Assembly (NCBI GenBank): GCA_963663895.2
Contig: CAXXRD010000002.1
Coordinates: forward strand, 744,484 to 808,483
Origin: Dehalococcoidia bacterium
Lineage (GTDB): Bacteria > Chloroflexota > Dehalococcoidia > Bin125
Length of the DNA: 64,000 nucleotides
Direction: 5' to 3'
Shown: one piece after another, positions 1 through 11,483 of the stretch
Position numbering within the stretch: the stretch's first letter is position 1
Layout: every line of letters starts with the position of its first letter
The notes under the pieces: generated by a model
What the model was told of the DNA's origin: nothing
Databases searched by the model: none
What the model saw: the letters and a program-made list of their open reading frames with translations, nothing else
Program-made: the position numbers and the translations under genes

Positions 1-1
1 T

Positions 2-1825
<1,824 letters not shown>

Positions 1826-1895
1826 CCCCCCGGCAGCCGGCACCGCGGCACCCGCGCCCGCGCTGGTCTCTCCGGGTTGAGGGGGCGCCCGACCC

Positions 1896-2618
1896 ATGGC
1901 AGGCACGCGCTCCGACCCACACTTGCCGGCGCCCACTCACTGGCGCGACGCCATCCCTCCGGCGGTGCGCAGGTGGTGGGCGGGCGCGCCGCGCCTCGCG
2001 CTGGAAAACACCGGTGCCCTTCTCCTCCCGGCGCTGCTGCCTCTTCGCCCCAGCGACCGCCTCCTCGAGATCGGCTGCGGGCGCGCCGCGCTGAGCTCGG
2101 TGCTTGCCGAGCGCGCCCGCCTGGCCTGCGCGCCCGTCGGGCTGGAAGCGGATCGCCGGCTGTTACTCCCTCCGCACGACACCGTCGTCTTCGTGCAAGG
2201 AAGGCCCACGCACCTGCCCTTCGAGGAGAACGCGTTCACCGTCATCGTGGCCGGCCACCAGATCCGCACTTGGAGCGATGCCGCCCTGCGCGCGTTTCTC
2301 GCCGAGGCCTGGCGCGTACTCGCGCACAACGGGCTGCTGGTGTTGTGGGAGGTCGCGCCGTCGCGATCAGTGACCATCAACCGCGTTTGGCGGGCGCTGC
2401 TGGCGCAGCCCGACTCCGGCGTCCAGCTGCGGCGCTTCGCGGAGATCAGCCGCATGGCGCGCGAGGCGCATTTCGCTTGGATCCAGACGCTGCGAGTTCA
2501 GCCGATCATCTGGCCGCCGGGGCCGCGTGTCGGCATTTTGATGCGCAAGGAGTACTACGACAGCAGGACCATCGGGCTGCGGCGCGACCAGAGCCCCTCC
2601 TACCGCTCCACCCCATAG
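1896..2618 (+). CDS. Class I SAM-dependent methyltransferase
   Basis: LEIGCG motif I, LPFEENAF and EAWRVL motifs; 3' end overlaps the nadD 3' end. Confidence 0.75.
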   Translation: MAGTRSDPHLPAPTHWRDAIPPAVRRWWAGAPRLALENTGALLLPALLPLRPSDRLLEIGCGRAALSSVLAERARLACAPVGLEADRRLLLPPHDTVVFVQGRPTHLPFEENAFTVIVAGHQIRTWSDAALRAFLAEAWRVLAHNGLLVLWEVAPSRSVTINRVWRALLAQPDSGVQLRRFAEISRMAREAHFAWIQTLRVQPIIWPPGPRVGILMRKEYYDSRTIGLRRDQSPSYRSTP

Positions 2619-3202
2619 AGCCCGTGCTCCTCGATGTAGGCCCAGACGGCGGGGGGCAGGCGATCCGCGGCGGGGCGGCCTGCGGCGATCGCGCCGCGAA
2701 TCGCGCTGGCGCTCACCGCCAGCGGGTCGAGCGGCAGCCAATCCACGGCGGCCGCAAGCCCCGGGAGGAGGCGGTCCAGCTGCTCCGGCGCCACGGCGCT
2801 GCCCGGCCGCGCCGCAACGGCGAGCCGGGCCAGCGCAATGATCTGCCGTGGGTCGTGCCAATGCGGAAGGTCCTCCAGGGCGTCGCTGCCCAGGATGAAC
2901 CAGATCGGGCCGCACCCTTGGGACTGCAGCGTCCGCAGAGTATCGGTCGTGTACGTCGGGCCTGCTCGACGGACTTCCATGTCGCTCACCGCCAGCCCCG
3001 CCCGGCCCTCCACGGCCGTAGCGGTCATGGCGAATCTGTGCGCCGCAGCCGTGACGGGAACATCCCGCTTGCGCCAAGGGTCTCCAGCCGGGACCAGCAG
3101 CACCTGATCGAGCTGCAGTACGGATCGGGCCACTTCGGCAAGCGCTAGGTGGGCGTTGTGCGGGGGATCGAACGTCCCGCCCAAGACCCCGAGGCGCGTC
3201 AC
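2600..3202 (-). CDS. nadD: Nicotinate-nucleotide adenylyltransferase
   Basis: GVLGGTFDPPHNAH, YTTDTL, FILGSD, VSASAIR; GTG start overlaps the obgE TGA. Confidence 0.95.
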   Translation of the reverse strand: MTRLGVLGGTFDPPHNAHLALAEVARSVLQLDQVLLVPAGDPWRKRDVPVTAAAHRFAMTATAVEGRAGLAVSDMEVRRAGPTYTTDTLRTLQSQGCGPIWFILGSDALEDLPHWHDPRQIIALARLAVAARPGSAVAPEQLDRLLPGLAAAVDWLPLDPLAVSASAIRGAIAAGRPAADRLPPAVWAYIEEHGLYGVER

Positions 3203-4461
3203 GTCCCCCATTCCCACTCGACCTCGCCAACTCGGACCCGCGCGCCGATGCCCAGGCCGGCACGCCGCAGGGCGCCCGCGACGCCCCGCTTGGCGAGCCA
3301 GCGCTGCGCCTCCTCCCGCACGGCCGCGTCGCCCATATCCATCATCTCGACAAATGTCTCTACCTGCTCGCCGCAAACGCGGAAAAGCCCCTCGCGCACA
3401 CGCTCCACCGTAAACCGTCGCGAGTCCGGCCGTGGCTTGATTGCGACCGTCTTCGGAGGTGCCGCCACGTGGCTCTCCGCCAACGCGCGGCCACACCGCT
3501 CGGCCAGTTCCTCGGTCCCCTGTCGGGTTGCGGCCGAAATCATGACGGGCTGCACGGCGCGGGCGTGGAAGGCCGCCGCGATCTCCTCACGCCGGGCGTC
3601 GGCTTCTTCGAGATCGAGCTTGTTGATCGCGACGATCTGCCTCTTCTCCGGCAACCCCGCGCCGTAGGACGCCAATTCCCTGTTGATGGCGTCGAATGCG
3701 GCAAGCGGGTCCGGCTGGCTCCCGTCGATCAGATGGAGGAGAAGCTGAGTGCGCCACGCGTGGCGCAGAAACTCGTGTCCGAGCCCGACACCCTCGGCCG
3801 CTCCTTCGATTAACCCCGGCAAATCGGCGACGACAAAGCCGTCCCAGCCCACGATGACGACCCCCAGCACCGGCTCCCGCGTTGTGAAAGGGTACGCTCC
3901 CACCCGCGGACGCGCGGCGCTGAGCGCCCGAACCAATGTCGACTTCCCCGCGTTGGGCAGGCCGACCACGCCAACGTCCGCGATCAGACGCAGCTCTAAC
4001 TGCAGACGCAGCCTCTGTCCCCGCTGACCACGTTGCGCCACGCGTGGCGCACGATTGGTCGCGCTCCTAAATGCGGCGTTTCCCCGCCCTCCCCGCCCCC
4101 CACGCGCCAAGATCTGCGCTTCCCCATGCTCGACAAAATCCGCAACAACCCTCCGTCCGCCCTCCTCGTTCAGCACGCGAACGATCGTCCCCACGGGAAG
4201 AGCAAGGACCAGATCCTTGCCGTCGCGCCCGTGGCGGTTATTGAGCCCGCCAGCCGTGCCGCCTTCTGCGCGAAACGCGCGCTCGGTGCGGAAGCGGTTC
4301 AGCGTGTTGATCCCCGCGTCGGCTAGCCCAAGGATGTGCCCCCCGCGACCGCCATTGCCACCGTTCGGCCCACCGAGCGGACTGAATTTCTCGCGGCGGA
4401 AGGAGACACGCCCCGCGCCGCCCACCCCACTCTGCACATCAAGCGTCACCTGATCGAGCAT
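3199..4461 (-). CDS. obgE: GTPase ObgE/CgtA
   Basis: SFRREK, GGPNGGNGG, GLPNAGKS, YPFTT, DLPGLIEGA, NKLD. Confidence 0.97.
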   Translation of the reverse strand: MLDQVTLDVQSGVGGAGRVSFRREKFSPLGGPNGGNGGRGGHILGLADAGINTLNRFRTERAFRAEGGTAGGLNNRHGRDGKDLVLALPVGTIVRVLNEEGGRRVVADFVEHGEAQILARGGRGGRGNAAFRSATNRAPRVAQRGQRGQRLRLQLELRLIADVGVVGLPNAGKSTLVRALSAARPRVGAYPFTTREPVLGVVIVGWDGFVVADLPGLIEGAAEGVGLGHEFLRHAWRTQLLLHLIDGSQPDPLAAFDAINRELASYGAGLPEKRQIVAINKLDLEEADARREEIAAAFHARAVQPVMISAATRQGTEELAERCGRALAESHVAAPPKTVAIKPRPDSRRFTVERVREGLFRVCGEQVETFVEMMDMGDAAVREEAQRWLAKRGVAGALRRAGLGIGARVRVGEVEWEWGT

Positions 4462-4540
4462 GGGCTGGTTAGCCCCCGAACTCCCCTGATTGCAGGGCCC
4501 TCCTAAAAGGGTACTGAGTGGAAGTTCGAGAGGGGAGTAC

Positions 4541-4730
4541 GTTAGTCATAGTGATCGTCGGTTGGTGGAAACAGGGGGAAGCGTGGGGACGGCGTTCACT
4601 ACGCGGCGTGGGGCGAGACGGGTCCCCACGTGCAGCGGGTGGGGTAGTTCAAGAACCGTGGGCGGGATGTGCAGAGGCCGCCGGATATCTGGGTGGGGCT
4701 AGAGCGAGGGATTGGGTTGTCCACGACGGT
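4541..4730. other. Candidate replication origin (degenerate DnaA-box cluster downstream of dnaA)
   Basis: 312-bp non-coding gap next to dnaA; ttgtccacg (4717-4725), inverted pair cgtggggac (4582-4590)/gtccccacg (4622-4630), and further gtgggg/gtggaa words. Confidence 0.5.
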
Positions 4731-4773
4731 GAGGCCTGCCGCCGCGACGGCTCTTGCCGGCGGGATTTGCCGG

Positions 4774-6171
4774 CTAACGCGCGGCGATGGCGGCGCGGAT
4801 CTCCAAGACGCTGCGCCGGACATCAGGGTCGTTGTCGAGCAGCTTCTCGATCCGGCGGAAGCCGTGCAACACGGTGGTGTGGTCGCGGCCGCCGAGGAGC
4901 CGGCCGATCTGTGCGTAGGATTGGTGGCTGACATCGCGCAGCAGGTACATCGCCAGGTGGCGCGCGTAGGTGACCTGCTTCTCCCGGCGGCTGCTGGTGA
5001 GCGCCTCTACCGGAATGTTGGTGCACTGGGCAACCGTTTCGAGGACGACGTTGGGGAGCGGGACCGCAGTCCGGGGCGTGGCGGTGATCGCGTTGAGGGC
5101 CTCCCCCGCGAGTTCGCGGGAGATCGGTTGCCGGTAGAGCCGCGCCAGTGCTGCGACCCGGTTCAGCGCCCCCTCCAGCTGGCGAATATTGTCCTGTACG
5201 CGATGGGCGATTAGCAGCAGGACCTCCTCGGGTACGGCGAGCCCCCCGCGCTCCGCGCGCGAGCGGAGAATGGCGAGGCGCGTCTCCACGTCCGGCGGGG
5301 CGATGTCGACGATGAGCCCCCATTCGAAGCGGGAGCGCAGCCGCTCCTCCAGCGAGGTCAGGAGCTTCGGCGAGACGTCGCTGCTGATGACGATCTGCTT
5401 GCCGAGGCTGTGCAGCGCATCGAACGTGTGGAAGAACTCTTCCTGCGTCTGCTCGCCGCGGGAGATGAACTGGATGTCGTCGATGAGGAGGACGTCCACG
5501 TTACGGAACTTCTGGCGGAAGCGCTCCATGCGGTGCTCGCGCAGAGCCGTGACGAACTCGTTGGTGTAGGCCTCGGTCGAGAGGTAGAGCGTCTGCATCT
5601 GCGGGGCAGTTACGTGCCCGATCGCTTGCAGCAGGTGGGTCTTCCCCAGGCCGACGCCGCCGTAGATGAAGAGCGGGTTGTAGGCACGGCCGGGGAGCTC
5701 CGAGACCGCGACCGCCGCGGCGTGGGCCAGGCGGTTACTGCGGCCGACGATGTAGGTGTCGAAGGTGTTGTGGGGCGCCAGCACGGGCCGCGACCGGCCG
5801 ACGGGCGGCTGCTCCGTGCCCTTCAGCGGTCGCGCGGGGTCCCCAGCGGCCGCCGGTTCGCGCGGCTGCACCACGAATTCGATCTTCAGGCGCTGTCCGG
5901 CGGTGCCCGCGAGGACGTCCTCGATCGCCGGGTAGAACTGATTGGTCAGCGCTTCGCGGGCGAAGTCGGACGCGACGCCGACGCGGAGCACCCCGCCCTG
6001 CAGGGCGAGGGCCCGGGTCTCATCGAGCCATGTCTCGAACGACGGAGCCGGAATCACGCGGCGCAGGCGGTCGAGCGCGGCGCGCCATAACTGTGCTGCT
6101 GAGGGCGCGGCGGCCTCGCGAGCGAGGGCACCGTCCTGTGAACGCGGCTCGCTGGAATTGGCTGCCTCCAA
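4774..6171 (-). CDS. dnaA: Chromosomal replication initiator DnaA
   Basis: YNPLFIYGGVGLGKTHL, LLIDDIQF, RLRSRFEWGL, GGRDHTTV. Confidence 0.98.
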   Translation of the reverse strand: MEAANSSEPRSQDGALAREAAAPSAAQLWRAALDRLRRVIPAPSFETWLDETRALALQGGVLRVGVASDFAREALTNQFYPAIEDVLAGTAGQRLKIEFVVQPREPAAAGDPARPLKGTEQPPVGRSRPVLAPHNTFDTYIVGRSNRLAHAAAVAVSELPGRAYNPLFIYGGVGLGKTHLLQAIGHVTAPQMQTLYLSTEAYTNEFVTALREHRMERFRQKFRNVDVLLIDDIQFISRGEQTQEEFFHTFDALHSLGKQIVISSDVSPKLLTSLEERLRSRFEWGLIVDIAPPDVETRLAILRSRAERGGLAVPEEVLLLIAHRVQDNIRQLEGALNRVAALARLYRQPISRELAGEALNAITATPRTAVPLPNVVLETVAQCTNIPVEALTSSRREKQVTYARHLAMYLLRDVSHQSYAQIGRLLGGRDHTTVLHGFRRIEKLLDNDPDVRRSVLEIRAAIAAR

Positions 6172-6446
6172 GCGCGCTCCTCAATTCGTTGTATGCGCCG
6201 GTACTGTTCGGGCGGGGCGCGCCTCAGACTACACCTAGGAGGAGCCAGCCGTCGGCCAGCCTGCTTCTATCTGGGAGGGGAACGGGAGGCAGGGTAGCAT
6301 TGCTTCCCTTCCTGGCAAGCCGCGCGCACAACTGGTTACTCTGCCGGGGACGGTGCCGATCAGCCGGGCGGCCGCGCGGCGGGCCGCATTGTGTGGTGGC
6401 ACCACTCAGGGAGTGGCTCCTATAGTGGCCGCCCCGCGGAGTGCTT

Positions 6447-7217
6447 ATGTTATTGGCGATCGACATCGGCAATACCACCGTCCAACTCGGGCTGTTCGAG
6501 GGCCCGCGGCTCGGCCCCACATGGCGCATCGCGACCGCGCATGATCGTCTGGCGGACGAGTACGGCGTGCTCCTGCGCGCGCTCCTGCGCACCCGCGGGC
6601 TCGACGGCAGCGCCATCCGGTCCGTCATCATCGCCTCCGTCGTGCCGGCGCTCATCCCGGTGTTCCAGGACTTGGCGCGCGCATATTTCAGCGTCGAGCC
6701 GATGCTGGTGGGGAGCGGTCTCAAGACCGGCCTGCGCATTACCTACGACAGCCCGCGGGAGGTGGGCGCGGACCGCGTGGTGGATGCCGTCGCCGCCCTC
6801 GCGTTGTACGGCCCGCCTCCGTTGATCGTCGTGGACTTCGGCACGGCGACCGTCTTCGACGCCATCGACCGCGAGGGGAGCTACTTGGGGGGCGCGATCG
6901 CGCCCGGCATCGGGGTGGCCGCCGACGCGCTTTTCGAGCGCGCCTCACGCCTCTCCCGGGTGGAGTTGCAGCGCCCGGAGAATGCGATCGGCCGCAACAC
7001 GGCCAGCGCGGTGCAAGCGGGTATCATCTTCGGTTATGTTGGATTGGTCGAAGGGATTATCGAGCGGTTCAAGGCCGAGCTGGGTGGCGGGCGGGTGGTC
7101 GGGACGGGTGGCTGGGCCGAGCGGATCGCGAAGGAGACGACGGCGGTGGAGGTTGTGGCGCCGGACCTCACGCTGGAAGGGCTGCGCCTCATCCACGAGA
7201 TGAACGCGGGGGGATGA
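6447..7217 (+). CDS. coaX: Type III pantothenate kinase
   Basis: LLAIDIGNT, VGADR, VVDFGTAT, GGAIAPG. Confidence 0.96.
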   Translation: MLLAIDIGNTTVQLGLFEGPRLGPTWRIATAHDRLADEYGVLLRALLRTRGLDGSAIRSVIIASVVPALIPVFQDLARAYFSVEPMLVGSGLKTGLRITYDSPREVGADRVVDAVAALALYGPPPLIVVDFGTATVFDAIDREGSYLGGAIAPGIGVAADALFERASRLSRVELQRPENAIGRNTASAVQAGIIFGYVGLVEGIIERFKAELGGGRVVGTGGWAERIAKETTAVEVVAPDLTLEGLRLIHEMNAGG

Positions 7218-8431
7218 CCGTGCCTGCGCAACCGGCTCCACTGGCGGGGAAGCGCGTCGTTTTGGGCGTTACCGGATCCATCGCCGCGTACAAGGCGATC
7301 GAGCTCGCCCGGCGGCTGGAGGAAGGCGGGGCTACCGTCGACGTGGCCCTCACCGCCAACGCCGCGCGCTTCGCGCCCGCCCTGACGTTCCACAGCGTGA
7401 TTCGTGGGACCGTCGCGAGCGACATGTTCGACGCTGCCGCGCCCGAGCTGCACGTCGAGCTGGGGCGGCGGGCGGACCTCCTCCTCGTTGCTCCGGCCAC
7501 CGCGACGACGATCGCCAAGCTGGCGAGCGGCGTCGGCGATTCCCTCGTCACGCTGACCGCCCTGGCGACGCACGCGCCCGTGCTGGTCGCCCCCGCCATG
7601 GACTCCCGCATGTACGCCAACGCCGCGACCCAAGCGAACCTGGAGACGCTGCGTGCGCGCGGCGTCAGCTTTGTCGGTCCCGACGAAGGGCGCCTCGCCA
7701 GTGGCGCGCAGGGATTGGGCCGGATGAGTGAGCCGGAGGTGATCGTCGGGGCCGTGCGGGCGCTGATCGGCCGCGCGGCTGGCGACATGCGCGGGCGCCA
7801 CGTGGTCGTCTCGGCGGGGGGGACGCGCGAGGCGATCGACCCCGTGCGCTTCCTGGGCAACCGCTCGAGCGGCAAGATGGGCTTCGCGCTCGCCGAAGCC
7901 GCGCGCGATCGCGGCGCCGCCGTGTCGCTGGTCAGCACGCAGGCGCCGCCGCCGGCGCTCTACGGCGTCTCCGTTGAGGAGGTGGAGAGCGCAGAAGAGA
8001 TGCGGGAGGCGCTGGCGCGGCGGCTCCGCGACGCCGACGTGCTGGTGATGGCGGCGGCGGTCGCGGACTTCCGCCCCGCGGAGACGGCCGCGCAGAAACG
8101 CAAGAAGCACGAGAGCGGCGGCGCCTGGGAGCTCGCGCTCCAGGAGAACCCCGACCTGATCGCCGGACTCGATGGGAGCTTCGTCAAGGTCGGCTTCGCC
8201 GCCGAGACGAACGACCTGGTCGCGAACGCCGCCGCTAAGCTTCGCAAGAAGGGCTTGGACCTGATCGTCGCGAACGACGTGACCGATCCGGGGTCGGGCT
8301 TCGGCGGCGACACGAACCGCGTCGTGCTGCTCGACGGCCGCGGCGAGCCCGAAGCGCTGCCCCTCCTCAGCAAGTACGACGCCGCGCAGCGGGTGCTCGA
8401 TCGCGTGGCGGCGCTGCTCGCCGAGCGCTAG
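7214..8431 (+). CDS. coaBC: Phosphopantothenoylcysteine decarboxylase/ligase
   Basis: GVTGSIAAYK, APATA, GTREAIDPVRFLGNRSSGKMG, VGFAAET. Confidence 0.96.
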   Translation: MTVPAQPAPLAGKRVVLGVTGSIAAYKAIELARRLEEGGATVDVALTANAARFAPALTFHSVIRGTVASDMFDAAAPELHVELGRRADLLLVAPATATTIAKLASGVGDSLVTLTALATHAPVLVAPAMDSRMYANAATQANLETLRARGVSFVGPDEGRLASGAQGLGRMSEPEVIVGAVRALIGRAAGDMRGRHVVVSAGGTREAIDPVRFLGNRSSGKMGFALAEAARDRGAAVSLVSTQAPPPALYGVSVEEVESAEEMREALARRLRDADVLVMAAAVADFRPAETAAQKRKKHESGGAWELALQENPDLIAGLDGSFVKVGFAAETNDLVANAAAKLRKKGLDLIVANDVTDPGSGFGGDTNRVVLLDGRGEPEALPLLSKYDAAQRVLDRVAALLAER

Positions 8432-8754
8432 GCCAGATCGTCCTTCAGCGGCGTCTTACCGGGCGGCAGCGAGAAGAAGTTGCAGAAGCAGGTCCCTTCG
8501 AAGTCGACCAGCCCGTTCGCGACTGGCGGACAGACGCACAGTGTCTCCTCGGTGTTGCCGGGCTGGCAGGGGCAGTAGAAGCGCCCGAACTGCAGCCGCA
8601 TGTTCACGAAGTCCTCGATCGTCTGGTCCGCGTTGGTGAGGACGTAGCCGCGCTCCTCGCAGAAGCGGGCGGCCAGATCGGCCATCTCGCGGCGGTAGCG
8701 CTCCCGCAGGGCGCGCTCCTCCTCCGGCGCGCGTTCGGGGGGCACGCCGCTCAC
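8428..8754 (-). CDS. Ferredoxin:thioredoxin reductase catalytic-subunit-like protein
   Basis: YCPC...CVC...CFC triple CxC pattern; GTG start overlaps the pepA stop. Confidence 0.8.
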   Translation of the reverse strand: MSGVPPERAPEEERALRERYRREMADLAARFCEERGYVLTNADQTIEDFVNMRLQFGRFYCPCQPGNTEETLCVCPPVANGLVDFEGTCFCNFFSLPPGKTPLKDDLA

Positions 8755-10262
8755 GCCGCTCCCTTCGCGCGGCCCAGGGCGAACTCGATCAGCGTCCGCA
8801 CGGCGACGCCGGTCGCGCCCTTCACCAGCACGCCCTGGTCCTTGTCGCTGTCGTCGGTGCCGGCGATGTCGAGGTGCGCCCAGGGGGTTTCGCCCGCGAA
8901 CTTGGCGAGGAACTTGGCGGCGGTGATGGCGCCCCCGTAGCGGCCGCCGGTGTTCTTCACGTCGGCGATGCGGCTCTTGATCTTCTCGTCGTACTCCTCG
9001 TACATCGGCAGCTGCCACAGGCGCTCGCCGCCCCGCCGCCCCGCCGCGATCACCTCCTGCGCTAGATCGTCGTCGTTCGCCATCAGCCCCGAGGCGACGT
9101 CGGCCAGGGCGACGGCGCAGGCGCCCGTCAGCGTCGCGACGTCGATGAGCGGCGACAGGCGCATGTGATTCGCGTAGGAGAGCGCGTCGGCGAGGATGAG
9201 GCGGCCCTCGGCGTCCGTGTTGAGCACCTCGATCGAGGTGCCGTTCATCGCCGTGAGCACGTCGCCTGGCTTGATCGCGCTGCCGCCGGGCATGTTCTCG
9301 GTCGCCGGCACGATCGCGGTGGCGTTCACCGGCGCCTGCAGCCGCGCCAGGGCGACCGTGGCGGCGATGACCGCGCCGCCCCCGCTCATGTCCTGCTTCA
9401 TGGCCGCCATGTTGGCGGCGGGCTTGATGGAGATGCCGCCGGTGTCGAAGGTGACCCCCTTGCCCACGAAGCCGATCCCGGGCTCCTCGCCCCCGCCGCG
9501 GTGGCGCAGGACGATGAATTGGGGAGGCTCGTGCGATCCCTGCGCGACCCCCAGGAAAGCGCCCATCCCCAGTGCCGTGATGGCGTCGCGATCCAGGATC
9601 TCGCAGTCGAGACCGCTCTCCTCGGCGCAGGCCCGCGCGCGCTGCGCGAACTCCCGCGGGGTGAGCACGTTGCTGGGCTCGTTCGCGAAGTCGCGCGAGA
9701 GGTTGGCGGCCTCGGCGATCACCCGTCCCAGGTCGCGGCCCCGCTCCAGCGCGGCCCCGTCGGCGCCCAGCAGCAGCAGCCGGTCCAAGGCGTGGCGCGG
9801 CTCCGCCCTCTCCGAGCGATAGCGGTCGAAGCGATAGAGGCCGAGCAGGGCGCCTTCGGTCGCCGCGCGGGCCAGATCCTCCGGCGGCAGCGCTCCGAGG
9901 GCTGGGCCGTCGAGCGCCAGCGCCAGGCTCCCGTCGGAGAGGGCGCGGGCCTGCCGCGCCGCCGCGGCGACGGTCCCGCGGACCCGGTCGCGATCGACGC
10001 CGTCCGCCTGGCCGAGGCCGGCGAGGATGACGCGGCGCACGGGCAGCCGGCCCAGGGCGTGGACGACGACCAGCTCGCCCTTGCGCCCGCTCAGCTCGCC
10101 CTCCGCGACGAGGGCGCTGAGGGCGCCGTCCAGCGCCGCGTCCACGGCGGCGGCCGGGCCCGCGGCGGGCAAGGCGGCGCGCTGGTCGATGAGGAGCAGC
10201 AGGGAGGTGGCGCGAACAGCGGTTGGCGCTGCCGCCGCGACGTCGATGGTGAGTGGATCCAC
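8751..10262 (-). CDS. pepA: Leucyl aminopeptidase (M17)
   Basis: VGKGVTFDTGG, MKQDMSG, NTDAEGRL, WAHLDIAG; start placed at the GTG of VDPLTI. Confidence 0.96.
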   Translation of the reverse strand: MDPLTIDVAAAAPTAVRATSLLLLIDQRAALPAAGPAAAVDAALDGALSALVAEGELSGRKGELVVVHALGRLPVRRVILAGLGQADGVDRDRVRGTVAAAARQARALSDGSLALALDGPALGALPPEDLARAATEGALLGLYRFDRYRSERAEPRHALDRLLLLGADGAALERGRDLGRVIAEAANLSRDFANEPSNVLTPREFAQRARACAEESGLDCEILDRDAITALGMGAFLGVAQGSHEPPQFIVLRHRGGGEEPGIGFVGKGVTFDTGGISIKPAANMAAMKQDMSGGGAVIAATVALARLQAPVNATAIVPATENMPGGSAIKPGDVLTAMNGTSIEVLNTDAEGRLILADALSYANHMRLSPLIDVATLTGACAVALADVASGLMANDDDLAQEVIAAGRRGGERLWQLPMYEEYDEKIKSRIADVKNTGGRYGGAITAAKFLAKFAGETPWAHLDIAGTDDSDKDQGVLVKGATGVAVRTLIEFALGRAKGAA

Positions 10263-10352
10263 GGCTTCCCGCCTTGCCGGGGATCGTAACACGCCCCCGC
10301 CTCGGCTCGGCGATGCTTTGGACGCGCGCCAGCCCCCCGCTACGGTGTGGGA

Positions 10353-11156
10353 ATGACCGAAGCCGCGCTCCGCCTCGGCCGTCGCGCCTGCGCCCTGCAC
10401 ACGCGCCGCTGGGCGCCCTTCGCCTGGGAGGTGGCGATCGTGGCGGCGGGGGCGGGCCTCTACTTCCTGATCCGGGGCGCGGTCAGCGGCCGGGCGGCGG
10501 AGGCGCTGGAGCGGGCGGCGGACCTGGCCGCCATCGAGCGCGGGCTGGGGATCTATTGGGAACCGGCGATGCAGGGCTGGATCCTGGAGTCGCGCGCGCT
10601 GATCGAGCTCTGCAACGCGCTCTACTTCTGGACGCACATGCCGGTGATCATCGCCGTGGCGCTGTGGCTGTTCGCGCGCCATCGCGCCGTCTACCGCTTC
10701 ACCCGCAGCGCCTTCCTCGGCTCGGCGGCGATCGGGCTGGCGATCTACTACGCGCTCCCCACGGCTCCGCCGCGGCTGCTGCCGGAAGCGGGCCTGCTCG
10801 ACACGATGGCGCTCTACAGCCAGCTGTCCTACCAGGCCCAGGAGGTCGGCCCCTTCGTCAACGCCTACGCGGCCCTTCCAAGCCTGCACTTCGGCTGGGC
10901 GCTGCTCATCGCCATGGCCCTCTGGCTGGCGCGCCCCCGCGGGCGCCGCGGCGCCCTGCTGGCGGTGGCGCTGGGGGGGCTGCTCGTGCTGGGACAGGGG
11001 ATCAGCATCGTGGTGACCGGCAACCACTTCCTGCTCGACGCCGTCGCGGGCGCGGCCGTCGCCGGCCTGGGCGTCCTCGCCGCGCTGGGGTGGCGTTGCT
11101 ATCGTGGCTCCGGGGAAGCGACGACGGTCGGAGAAAGGAAAAGCGCGTGGCCATGA
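10353..11156 (+). CDS. PAP2-superfamily (AUR1/IPC-synthase-like) membrane phosphotransferase
   Basis: PTAPPRL, PSLH and NHFLLD motifs; several TM helices. Confidence 0.85.
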   Translation: MTEAALRLGRRACALHTRRWAPFAWEVAIVAAGAGLYFLIRGAVSGRAAEALERAADLAAIERGLGIYWEPAMQGWILESRALIELCNALYFWTHMPVIIAVALWLFARHRAVYRFTRSAFLGSAAIGLAIYYALPTAPPRLLPEAGLLDTMALYSQLSYQAQEVGPFVNAYAALPSLHFGWALLIAMALWLARPRGRRGALLAVALGGLLVLGQGISIVVTGNHFLLDAVAGAAVAGLGVLAALGWRCYRGSGEATTVGERKSAWP

Positions 11157-11467
11157 TCATGAGCACCGCCGATTCAGTGCCGGGACGGGAGATCGCGGAG
11201 ACGATGGGCCTGGTGACGGGGAGCACCGTGCGCGCGCGCCACGTCGGGCGCGACGTGCTGGCCGGCCTCAAGCAGATCGTCGGCGGCGAGATCGGGGCCT
11301 ACGAGAAGCTGCTGCAGGAGAGCCGCGCGCAGGCGCTTGTCCGGCTCGAGGAGGCGGCCGCGGCCATGGGAGCGGACGCGGTCGTGGCGCTGCGCCTGAC
11401 CACGAGCGCCATCGCGCAGGGATCGGCGGAGGTGCTGGCCTACGGCACCGCGGTCAAGCTCCGGTAA
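11153..11467 (+). CDS. YbjQ/UPF0145 family protein
   Basis: GLVTGSTVRARHVGRD...GGEI...GADAVV...AYGTAV. Confidence 0.92.
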   Translation: MIMSTADSVPGREIAETMGLVTGSTVRARHVGRDVLAGLKQIVGGEIGAYEKLLQESRAQALVRLEEAAAAMGADAVVALRLTTSAIAQGSAEVLAYGTAVKLR

Positions 11468-11483
11468 GACGCCCAGTAAGACG

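Noticed and set aside
10263-11027. Apparent 254-aa N-terminal extension of PepA in the ORF track
   Set aside because: It is the antisense of the PAP2 gene; M17 homology and a -10-like hexamer support the start at 10262
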